DNA of 60,245 bases from contig CAJWQP010000006.1 in assembly GCA_913045445.1 (NCBI GenBank), forward strand, positions 1 through 60,245, read 5' to 3'. Under the pieces are notes generated by a model that made no database searches, was not told where the DNA came from, and saw nothing but the letters and a program-made list of their open reading frames with translations. The translations under genes and the position numbers were made by a program. The DNA is from an uncultured Nitrospina sp. (GTDB lineage: Bacteria; Nitrospinota; Nitrospinia; Nitrospinales; VA-1). This document shows positions 30,418-38,580 of this stretch, piece after piece (positions within the stretch are counted from its first letter, which is position 1; the number at the start of each line of letters is the position of its first letter).

Positions 30418-30732
30418 TTACTCAGGTTCGCTTGTGGTGTAGCGGTAGGCCCTTACAATATTATTTTCATCGAACAGAATAACCATGTCCTTCGATTTTG
30501 TTTGACTCAGCGCGTTCCACTGGTCGAACTGATAGGTCCACATGACCTTCCCGTTTTCCATGCCCTCTTTATATGGAGGGCCAAACTTATCAAGGATTTC
30601 AGTTTGACTGGTCACATTATTCTGAATACTGCTCACTTGTGAGCTGTCAAAATTTTTCCCGACGGTTCCACAACCTGCCAATAAGAATAAAAAGAGAACG
30701 CCTGCAATGTTAAATCCATTTATTTTCATCAT
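30418..30732 (-). CDS. Small lipoprotein, SmpA/OmlA (BamE)-like
   Basis: Lipobox LAGC; T...I...FG.P, W.Y, FD...V. Confidence 0.75.
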   Translation of the reverse strand: MMKINGFNIAGVLFLFLLAGCGTVGKNFDSSQVSSIQNNVTSQTEILDKFGPPYKEGMENGKVMWTYQFDQWNALSQTKSKDMVILFDENNIVRAYRYTTSEPE

Positions 30733-30895
30733 AATTCTCCTCGAAGGTCGTGTTGACAGGGGCCGGGCGGGCAGAAACCCAGTTGCTCAATGCTTATTTT
30801 TGAAAGTTGAAATTTAGTTTACCAGAATGGGTAAAAAAAGTATAACGTTTAGCAGAGAGTCGCAAACCGGAGATTTAAGATGGTGGCTTGTTAAT

Positions 30896-30957
30896 TAACC
30901 CCACCCTTACCAAGGAGGCCTGTCCAGAACTTTGGTGTGGGAGGGTAGGAGAGGTTA
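30896..30957. repeat. Degenerate REP-like palindrome with a nested insert
   Basis: taacccc-acccttaccaaggagg-[cctgtccagaactttggtgtggg]-agggtaggagaggtta; imperfect pyrimidine/purine inverted arms in an intergenic gap. Confidence 0.4.
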
Positions 30958-31007
30958 TTTGGGAAACTTGTAAGCTACCAGCCAGAGTGGGAGAATGGGA
31001 GAAAAAA

Positions 31008-32054
31008 ATGTTTTCTGTATCAGGAGTTTATAGCTCAAAGGTTTTAAAATTTTTTATTATTGCGGTTGCAACAGGGCTGCTTTCAGGCTGTACCACAACA
31101 CCCGAACCTTCTTCGCAGTCGGTAAATAAACAAAAGCCTGCATCGGTGACGGATGTAGTGTTGGATGGTTATTACGAGCCGCTTCCGTCTTCCGGTAAAA
31201 AAGGATATTTTGTGGAACAGCTAGCCCCGGAAATTTATTTTTTTTCAACAGGGGTATACAACAATTTGTTTGTCGTTACACAGGAAGGTGTGGTTATCAC
31301 CGACCCGATAAAAGGAAAGGGAAAGCTTCTCAAACAGGCTATCAGAGAGGTGACGACTCAACCCGTCAGGTTTATGATCTATTCGCATTCGCATATTGAT
31401 CACATCGGTGATGCGCACCTGTTCGCTGGTGAAGGAGTACAGATCATCGCTCAGGTGGAGACGGGCAAAGCGCTCAGGAAGTATAAGGACAGGAATCGTC
31501 CCGTACCGCATATTAATTTTGGAACAAATTACACACTTTCCATAGGCGGGATAACCATTGAATTGATTTATCCGGGGGAGGGTCATGGCAAAGGAAACTC
31601 CATCATATATATTCCTTCACGCAAGGTCCTGATGTATGTGGATATGGCGACCCCCAAGTCGGTCCCGTTTAAAAACTTTGCCTACACAATAGATATTGCC
31701 AGTCATGTCCGCGGAATTGAAAAGACACTTAAGCTTGATTTTGATGTGTACGTTGCCGGCCACCTTCATCGTACCGGGAAGAGGGAAGAGATGAAAGAAG
31801 TGTTGGCTTATCACTACGCATCGAAGAAAGCCAGTATCGAGGCGATAAAAAAAGTGTCGTTCCTTGACGTGCGTGTGAGGACAAAAACAAAGGATGTGGA
31901 AAATTTATTCGGGACGTATCTGGACGCAGTGGCGGAGGAGTGTTACCGGATTTTAAAACCTGAATGGAAACACAGGTTGATGGGATTCGAGGCTTTCGCT
32001 CGTGGTCATTGTGATGTATGGATTTCCTATCATCGTACTCACAAGGCACCCTAG
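31008..32054 (+). CDS. MBL-fold metallo-hydrolase, probable lipoprotein
   Basis: Lipobox LSGC; YSHSHIDHIG (HxHxDH); GH.KGN; AGHLH. Confidence 0.85.
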   Translation: MFSVSGVYSSKVLKFFIIAVATGLLSGCTTTPEPSSQSVNKQKPASVTDVVLDGYYEPLPSSGKKGYFVEQLAPEIYFFSTGVYNNLFVVTQEGVVITDPIKGKGKLLKQAIREVTTQPVRFMIYSHSHIDHIGDAHLFAGEGVQIIAQVETGKALRKYKDRNRPVPHINFGTNYTLSIGGITIELIYPGEGHGKGNSIIYIPSRKVLMYVDMATPKSVPFKNFAYTIDIASHVRGIEKTLKLDFDVYVAGHLHRTGKREEMKEVLAYHYASKKASIEAIKKVSFLDVRVRTKTKDVENLFGTYLDAVAEECYRILKPEWKHRLMGFEAFARGHCDVWISYHRTHKAP

Positions 32055-32074
32055 TAGCCAGCCAGGGCGAAAGG

Positions 32075-33079
32075 TTATTGCAGTTCCCGGTATTTTTTGA
32101 TGATTTCTTTTGCATCGGCATTCGAGTGGACTGGCATGCGTCCCCCCATATGGGAAACAACTTCGGACGCGCAGTACGAGCCGATGATAGCGGATTCTTC
32201 CAGACTGTATTCTTTAGTGATTCCAAAAAGTGTTCCAGCGGCAAATAAATCACCGGCGCCTGTGGTATCGACGGCTTGTGTTGGGAACACGCCCACTTCA
32301 ATTTTATCATCGGCGGGGCCGGAGGCCCATGACCCGTTTTTCCCCCGGGTGACGAACAATGTGTTGGCCATTCCCTTGAGAACATCAAACGCTTCTTGTA
32401 CATCGTCAGTTTCCGCCATAGCCAGGGCTTCCACATCGTTGCAGAACAGAATGTCAACATGCCATCGGATAAAGTCAATGAGTTGATCTCTAAAACTGTT
32501 GACCACGAAAGCATCGCTCAAGGTGAATGCGACGGGAATTTTATCTTTTCTGGCGAATTCAGCTAATCTAAGCGCGGCGTTACGCGTCTCTTCACCTGTC
32601 CAAAGATATCCTTCGATATACGCCACGCCCGCATCCCTGATGATGGTTTCATCAACATTATCGGGATGCAATGCGGCGGATACGCCAAGATGCGTGAGCA
32701 TGGTGCGTTCACTGTCAGGGGTGACGAGAACGACGCATGTCCCGGTGCCGCTGGCTCCGTCTCCAGGGCCTGGGAATCCTACGCCGCCGGAATGCATATC
32801 CTCGGTATAATGACGACCGTAAAGATCATTGGCGACTCTTCCCAGATAGTAGGCATTCCCTCCGAGAACACTTAACCCGTGGACCGTATTAGCCGCCGAG
32901 CCTCCCGATGATATTTTTGTGGAATGGCTCTGAAGAGCGTTTAGAATTTTTGTCTGGTCTTCCTCTGTAGACAGGGTCATGCCTCCCTTGGTCAGGGAGT
33001 TTTGTTTTATAAAATCGTCATCAACGCGAACTTCTATGTCAACCAGTGCGTTACCAATTCCTACCAGATCATATTTCAT
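32075..33079 (-). CDS. PfkB-family (adenosine/carbohydrate) kinase
   Basis: GNALVD, SGGSAAN, ERTM.T.LG, EGYLW, DTTGAGD. Confidence 0.92.
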   Translation of the reverse strand: MKYDLVGIGNALVDIEVRVDDDFIKQNSLTKGGMTLSTEEDQTKILNALQSHSTKISSGGSAANTVHGLSVLGGNAYYLGRVANDLYGRHYTEDMHSGGVGFPGPGDGASGTGTCVVLVTPDSERTMLTHLGVSAALHPDNVDETIIRDAGVAYIEGYLWTGEETRNAALRLAEFARKDKIPVAFTLSDAFVVNSFRDQLIDFIRWHVDILFCNDVEALAMAETDDVQEAFDVLKGMANTLFVTRGKNGSWASGPADDKIEVGVFPTQAVDTTGAGDLFAAGTLFGITKEYSLEESAIIGSYCASEVVSHMGGRMPVHSNADAKEIIKKYRELQ

Positions 33080-33149
33080 GGAAAAATTTCAGAATAAATT
33101 TGAGTTAGTAATCAGGGAATGGACTAAATATCTACGTATCGTATGTCAT

Positions 33150-33600
33150 TCAACTGGAAAACTTCCTGAGGTATAAAACCAATTGCCAGATCTATCAATC
33201 TTTCAATGTTTTAAAACCCATCATGCCGGTCCCTTTGGAGCCATATTGAATGATCCAGAATAATTGACCGTCAGGAGTATCTTTGATCATTTCTTGACAG
33301 GCAAAATTCCTTGGCCTTGGAGTCATCCCCTTGGCTATCTTCCCCAGCCCATCACCATTTTCTCCGTGGCACTCGACACAGGCAAGAGGTTTCACGCCTT
33401 TATATAAAGCTTTTCTCCTGTAGAGATTTTTCGGGAGTAGACTTTAATGGATTCTTTTTGTTGTAGGCGCTATCTGGAGCTTGTGGAGTCTTTCGTTTTT
33501 GTGAACAATCTGCCGAAAAAGCAGGCAAGGAAAAGCCAATCACAAAAAAGAACGCAACAAGAACAGCAACCGTTACTCTGCCGAATATTTTGACTGTTAT
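33150..33600 (-). pseudogene. Disrupted periplasmic monoheme cytochrome c
   Basis: Signal peptide and NPL segment in one frame, CVECH heme motif and PRNF...DGQLFWII..G..GT.M in another; two apparent frameshifts near 33400-33430; in-frame TGA TAG before IWQLVLYLR; ATA at the expected start after GGAG. Confidence 0.85.
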
Positions 33601-33655
33601 AACTTTATCTCCCTGGGAGTGAAGGTGACTAGTTGTTGGAATAGCACATATCCCA

Positions 33656-34171
33656 TCAGGCATCAGTTTGCGGCTTGATAAACATTTTATGAATCAGAAA
33701 CCCAATCAAGCCCAGGGTGGCAATATAAAATGATCCGGCTGATCCTTGCGCTATGAGTCCGACCGCTTCTTTAGCGGCTCCGGTGGAACCCAAACCCGGC
33801 GCCAGAAGAGCGGAAAATAACCAGAAAAATCCGTAGCCAAGGCTACCCAGTCCGCTCAAAAGAGATATCCCAAATTGGGCCTGTGATGGAAACTTGAGCC
33901 AGACAACGAGCAATGAAAACACAATCGCGATGACGCCCATGGCTTGAGAATGGAAGTGGGATCGCTTAACATAGATCCAGGACTTTTTGATAACCTTGTC
34001 CGCAAGTTCCTGCTTGCCTTCATATTTTTCTGTTAGAACATTAGCGGCTTTTTCTTTGAGCAGGGTTTTGATACTGTGTTCGCAGCAACCAAAGCCCAGG
34101 CCCAGCGATCCTCCGAAAAGGACAGCCATTAGCGCTAGAACCATTCCAATTTTAATATGAGTGAATTCCAT
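33656..34171 (-). CDS. Conserved four-TM membrane protein with an HxH motif
   Basis: Four hydrophobic helices; RSHFHSQAMG. Confidence 0.75.
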   Translation of the reverse strand: MEFTHIKIGMVLALMAVLFGGSLGLGFGCCEHSIKTLLKEKAANVLTEKYEGKQELADKVIKKSWIYVKRSHFHSQAMGVIAIVFSLLVVWLKFPSQAQFGISLLSGLGSLGYGFFWLFSALLAPGLGSTGAAKEAVGLIAQGSAGSFYIATLGLIGFLIHKMFIKPQTDA

Positions 34172-34319
34172 TTGTCATCGCTCCAGATTATTTGTTGCTA
34201 TTAGTATACAGTATAGGTTGCCATCTTCTCTCCGGTTTTTTTCGGAAATGGGGTCCCTGTTTAGTTCAGGAATAAAATGATATTTGTATTCCAGTAAGTT
34301 TGACGTTAAAATTTTTTCG

Positions 34320-35813
34320 ATGATGAGTGCATTTTTAAAGATAAAAAGAATTTTTCTTGCTGTTTCCCTCTTTGTAGTCTGGTTGTCTCCTGCAGTGGCC
34401 CATGCGCAGGAACCAGGGTTGGCTGAATCTAATTTTGCCAATGTTTTGGACGGCATATTGGCTCATTCCTGTCTACGCAAGCAAAACGTCGGGGTCAATA
34501 TATATTCTCTCGATAAAGATAAAACCCTGTACTCATTTCAAAGTAATCGCTTGTTTGCCCCGGCTTCAAACATGAAGCTGTTGACCACCGCGATGGCCCT
34601 CAAAAGAATGGGGCCGGACTACCGATTCAAAACCCGTTTGTTTGCCACAATGAGGGTCGTCGAGGAAACACTGAATGGCGATCTCTATATTAAAGGGTTT
34701 GGTGACCCCAATCTTGTGAGTGAGCAGATGTGGCTTCTGGCAAACGAACTGCGAAATCTCCCACTTCGTAAGATAGATGGGAACATCATCGCGGATGACT
34801 CGTTTTTTGATGATCAACAGCGTATCAAAACCTGGGAAAAAAAGGGTGGGGCAGAAGCCTATAATGCACCCTTAGGCGCTTTGTCATTCAATTTTAATAC
34901 GGTGACCGTTCATGTTTCTCCCGGAGAAAAACCGGGTGACCGTCCTGTTGTCGTTGTTGATCCGGACATAGATTTTATTCAAATTGAGAATCGGGCGAAA
35001 ACAGTTTCAAGATCAAGGCGCAGTCGGTTGATTGTCAATCGTGTGGATCGGGGGAGCCATAATCAGATCACCGTCTCGGGTGTCATATCAGTGAGCCACT
35101 CACGGGAGACTTACTACCTGAACATAACCCAGCCAACATATTACGCGGCAAAGGTCTTCAAGGAATATCTTCGCCGGGCCGGAGTCGAAGTAACAGGTGA
35201 GGCGCGAGTTGCCCCTGTCCCGGAAGATGCTTATGGCTTGTCAAATCATACATCCGTGCCGCTTTCTTTAATCTTGCGCGGACTGAATAAATTCAGTAAT
35301 AATTTCGTGGCAGAACAGATTTTGAAAACTATTGGCGCAGAGCTTTATGGTCAACCCGGCACCACCGAAAACGGGCTGCGCGCTATGGAGGAATACATGC
35401 TGTCGCTGGGGCATGAATCCGGACAATTCAGAGTTTTAGATGGTTCCGGTTTATCGAGACAAAACCGGTTGAGTCCGGACCAGATTGTTTCGGTGCTTCG
35501 GGACATGTATAGCAATTTGGGGGTGTACCCGGAATTTGTTTCCGCGTTGGGAGTGATGGGTCGGGATGGCAATGTTCATAAAAGAATGAACGGTCACAAC
35601 GGTTCCGAAAAAGCACGTGTGAAGACCGGGACGCTTAGTTTTATCAGCGCATTGTCAGGTTATTTTCAGTCCGCAGATGGCGAACGATTCGCCTTTTCTA
35701 TTTTGATGAACGATTTGAAGTGTTCTAACGGACGGGCGTGGAGCTTGCAGGATCGTATTGTTCGTGAGGGATTAAAATTTGAACGTGAAACCAAAGGAAC
35801 GGAACTTGACTGA
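34320..35813 (+). CDS. dacB: D-Ala-D-Ala carboxypeptidase/endopeptidase PBP4 (S13)
   Basis: PASNMK (SxxK), GDP.L, SNN (SxN), DGSGLSR, KTGTL; exact start uncertain. Confidence 0.95.
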   Translation: MMSAFLKIKRIFLAVSLFVVWLSPAVAHAQEPGLAESNFANVLDGILAHSCLRKQNVGVNIYSLDKDKTLYSFQSNRLFAPASNMKLLTTAMALKRMGPDYRFKTRLFATMRVVEETLNGDLYIKGFGDPNLVSEQMWLLANELRNLPLRKIDGNIIADDSFFDDQQRIKTWEKKGGAEAYNAPLGALSFNFNTVTVHVSPGEKPGDRPVVVVDPDIDFIQIENRAKTVSRSRRSRLIVNRVDRGSHNQITVSGVISVSHSRETYYLNITQPTYYAAKVFKEYLRRAGVEVTGEARVAPVPEDAYGLSNHTSVPLSLILRGLNKFSNNFVAEQILKTIGAELYGQPGTTENGLRAMEEYMLSLGHESGQFRVLDGSGLSRQNRLSPDQIVSVLRDMYSNLGVYPEFVSALGVMGRDGNVHKRMNGHNGSEKARVKTGTLSFISALSGYFQSADGERFAFSILMNDLKCSNGRAWSLQDRIVREGLKFERETKGTELD

Positions 35814-35836
35814 GATTTGATAATGGCAGTTTAAGT

Positions 35837-36688
35837 TTATCGGCCAAAAACTTTTGCGTTTTCCTTCCTGTCTTCTTCCAGAATCTTTTTCCAGTCCCGC
35901 TTCACTATTTGAGCTTCCAGAAAATCTTCGAAAATGCTCCGCCCCAGTTCCGTTCGGTTGATTCCTTCAGGAGCGACCTGGATATCCAGTTGTGCCAGTG
36001 CCATGTCAAAGTCCTTGTCAAGCAGAGATGCCGAGTCCATACCATATTCTTTTAAAATCTGTCGGATGGTTCCGGTATTCTGATTAAACCTTCTTGCCAC
36101 TTCATTAATGTTTGATGGGCGATACTGGTTGTCTGGTGCGATTCCCAAATGATAAGCACAAAACAGTTCAAACGGGTCTAACCCAAAAGTATTTGTTTTT
36201 GACTCAAGTTTATTGCTGGATCCAGATGTGCTTGGCTGAGTTGATTTTGCCGGAGCATTTTTAGGGTTGTTATGCGTCCTGTTTTGGGGTTTGTTGCTGT
36301 GACGTTTTTGGTCAGGTCGTCCTTGTTGAGTGCCGTTTCGGTTGTTTTCATTTTGCCGGGGAAATTTTCCTCTGGATTTATTGCCCGGTCGTCCAGTCCC
36401 GTTTTTACCGTTGGAGTTCTTGTTTGCCCCATCCTGATTTCGCTTGTTAACCATGGAGAGGTGAGAAGTCAATGTTGTCGCGGATGAAGAGGAAGACGCC
36501 CAGAGATGTGGCGTATGCGATCTTTTTCCATTGCCGCCCCCGGCATTCCGGTTCTGGCCGCTATTGGCGTTGCTTCGACCTTGACCATTGCCGTTTTGGC
36601 CTTGACCGCCTCTTGATGTATTCGAGTTATTGCGCCGTTGGCCATTGCCTCTGCCGGGAGGTCGTTGGTTGCTTCCGTTTTTTTTCAA
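35837..36688 (-). CDS. Hypothetical protein with a long basic low-complexity N-terminus and a globular C-terminal domain
   Basis: About 165 aa rich in N/G/R/Q/S/K, then DPFELFCAYHLGI...NINEVARRF...LAQLDIQVAPEG. Confidence 0.8.
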   Translation of the reverse strand: MKKNGSNQRPPGRGNGQRRNNSNTSRGGQGQNGNGQGRSNANSGQNRNAGGGNGKRSHTPHLWASSSSSATTLTSHLSMVNKRNQDGANKNSNGKNGTGRPGNKSRGKFPRQNENNRNGTQQGRPDQKRHSNKPQNRTHNNPKNAPAKSTQPSTSGSSNKLESKTNTFGLDPFELFCAYHLGIAPDNQYRPSNINEVARRFNQNTGTIRQILKEYGMDSASLLDKDFDMALAQLDIQVAPEGINRTELGRSIFEDFLEAQIVKRDWKKILEEDRKENAKVFGR

Positions 36689-36721
36689 AATCGTATTCCT
36701 TAATAAAAAATAATAAAAATA

Positions 36722-38530
36722 TCAGGCAGTCAGTGATTCAAGTTGATCCACCAGGGTAGAAAATTTTTCGAGGGCTGTACGGATAGGCGCCGGAGATGTC
36801 ATGTCCACTCCTGCGCCTTTCAGAAGGTCGATGGGATATTTTGATCCTCCGCCCTTTAAAAAATTTAAATAATCATTCAATTCAGCAGAGCCTCCCTCCA
36901 ATACCCTGTCTGCCAGTGCGTATGCGGCGGATATTCCGGTAGCATACTTGTAAACATAAAAACTGAAATAAAAATGCGGGATACGAAAACACTCAAGGGA
37001 CAGGCAGTCATCGAGAGTGGTTTCTTCACCAAAATATTTTTCAAGGAGCTTTCGGTAAATTTCCTTGAACGCATCGAGAGTCATCGGTTGATCGTTTTCT
37101 GCGGCAGAGTAAATCAGGTGCTCGAATTCGGCGAACATGGTTTGTCTGTACAGTGTTCCGCGCAAATTGTCAATCTCTCTGCAGACCAGATAGATTTTCA
37201 TACTTTGATCAATATCCTGCGAAAGCAGATATTTAGTGAGCAGGGCTTCGTTGAATGTTGAGGCTACCTCGGCAACGAAGATCGTGTAATCGGCGTAAAG
37301 GTACGGTTGGTTTCGACGCGAGAGAAAAGAATGCATCGAGTGCCCTGCCTCATGTGCCAAAGTATACATGCTATTGATATTGTCTTCCCGGTAATTCATG
37401 AGGATAAATGGATTGGAATCATAACATCCAGATGAATAAGCGCCGTTTCGCTTGCCTTGCGATTCATAACGGTCCACCCAGCGGCTTTCGGTAAGCCCTT
37501 TTTGCAGTACTTTGGTGTAGCCCGGTCCCAGGAGCTGGAGGGATGTAAGAATCTTTGCGACAGAGTCATTGTATCCAACATGCCAATGAACATCTTTGAC
37601 CAGCGGCACGCTGGTGTCGTAGATGTGAAGTTCATCAAGTTTCAGAATGCGTTTTCTCAGTGCGAAATATTTGTGCAGGGGTGCCAGGTTTTCGTGAACG
37701 GTGGTGACGAGGTTGTCGTAGACCTCAACCGGGATATTTTCACTGAACATGGCCTTTTCTCTGACCGATGCATATTTTTTTTCGCGGGTATAGAAAATAT
37801 CTTTTTTGATGCTACTGGCAAGAAGTGACGAGTATGTGTATTGGTGGTCTGCATAGGCATCATAGAAAGTCTCGAATGCTTCTTTACGAATCCGTCGGTC
37901 ATGGTTTTGCATGAGGCTTTGAAAATTGCCCTGAGTGATGATTATTTCGTTTTCGTGTTCATCGACCACGGTCCCGAGTTTCAGGTCTGCGTTGTCGAGC
38001 ATTTCAAAAGCATCACGTGCCGCTCTGGCCATCTCCGCCGACGAGGCGAGAAGCTTTTCTTCCGGTTCAGAGAGCGTGTGTTTTCTAAATCTCAGTATCC
38101 GTTCCAGATGCAGTTTGTAAAACTCCAGTTCTTTATCCTGCAAGAATTCATTCATCCGGTCTTCCGGAATGGCCATGAGTTCGGATGGTATATAACTGCT
38201 GGCTTGCGCAATTCGTGTGTGCAGGCGAACTACCTTTTCAAAAGTGCTTTGGTTCGGTGCGTTGGTTTTGTCTTCGTCATTGCGAAGGTGGGCATAGGTA
38301 TATAGCTTTTCTATCTTGCGGGAGATATCCATGTCAAACTCAAGGCAAGCCTTGATTCTTCTCACCGAATCCGCAAGGGCTCCCTTGAAAGACTCGTAAC
38401 CGGCAATGTCTTTTTCCAGTTGATCGAAGTCTTCCTGCCAAACAGATCCCTGTGGGTATAAACCGTTTAGGTCCCATTTGGATTCGTCAGAAATATCTTT
38501 CCGAGTTACGGGTTTTGTTGTGGCTTCCAT
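36722..38530 (-). CDS. pepF: Oligoendopeptidase F (M3B)
   Basis: WDL..LY, GKRNGAYS, LAHEAGHSMH, FVAEVAS, HFY..FYVYKYATG. Confidence 0.96.
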   Translation of the reverse strand: MEATTKPVTRKDISDESKWDLNGLYPQGSVWQEDFDQLEKDIAGYESFKGALADSVRRIKACLEFDMDISRKIEKLYTYAHLRNDEDKTNAPNQSTFEKVVRLHTRIAQASSYIPSELMAIPEDRMNEFLQDKELEFYKLHLERILRFRKHTLSEPEEKLLASSAEMARAARDAFEMLDNADLKLGTVVDEHENEIIITQGNFQSLMQNHDRRIRKEAFETFYDAYADHQYTYSSLLASSIKKDIFYTREKKYASVREKAMFSENIPVEVYDNLVTTVHENLAPLHKYFALRKRILKLDELHIYDTSVPLVKDVHWHVGYNDSVAKILTSLQLLGPGYTKVLQKGLTESRWVDRYESQGKRNGAYSSGCYDSNPFILMNYREDNINSMYTLAHEAGHSMHSFLSRRNQPYLYADYTIFVAEVASTFNEALLTKYLLSQDIDQSMKIYLVCREIDNLRGTLYRQTMFAEFEHLIYSAAENDQPMTLDAFKEIYRKLLEKYFGEETTLDDCLSLECFRIPHFYFSFYVYKYATGISAAYALADRVLEGGSAELNDYLNFLKGGGSKYPIDLLKGAGVDMTSPAPIRTALEKFSTLVDQLESLTA

Positions 38531-38580
38531 AAATAAATTAATCAAAATTTCGGGTCGTTACCCGATCTTACCGGCTGATG

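Noticed and set aside
33192-33197. TGA TAG in the cytochrome c frame as Sec/Pyl recoding
   Set aside because: Accompanied by frameshifts and a lost start codon, at positions not expected to be Cys or Lys; pseudogenisation is simpler.
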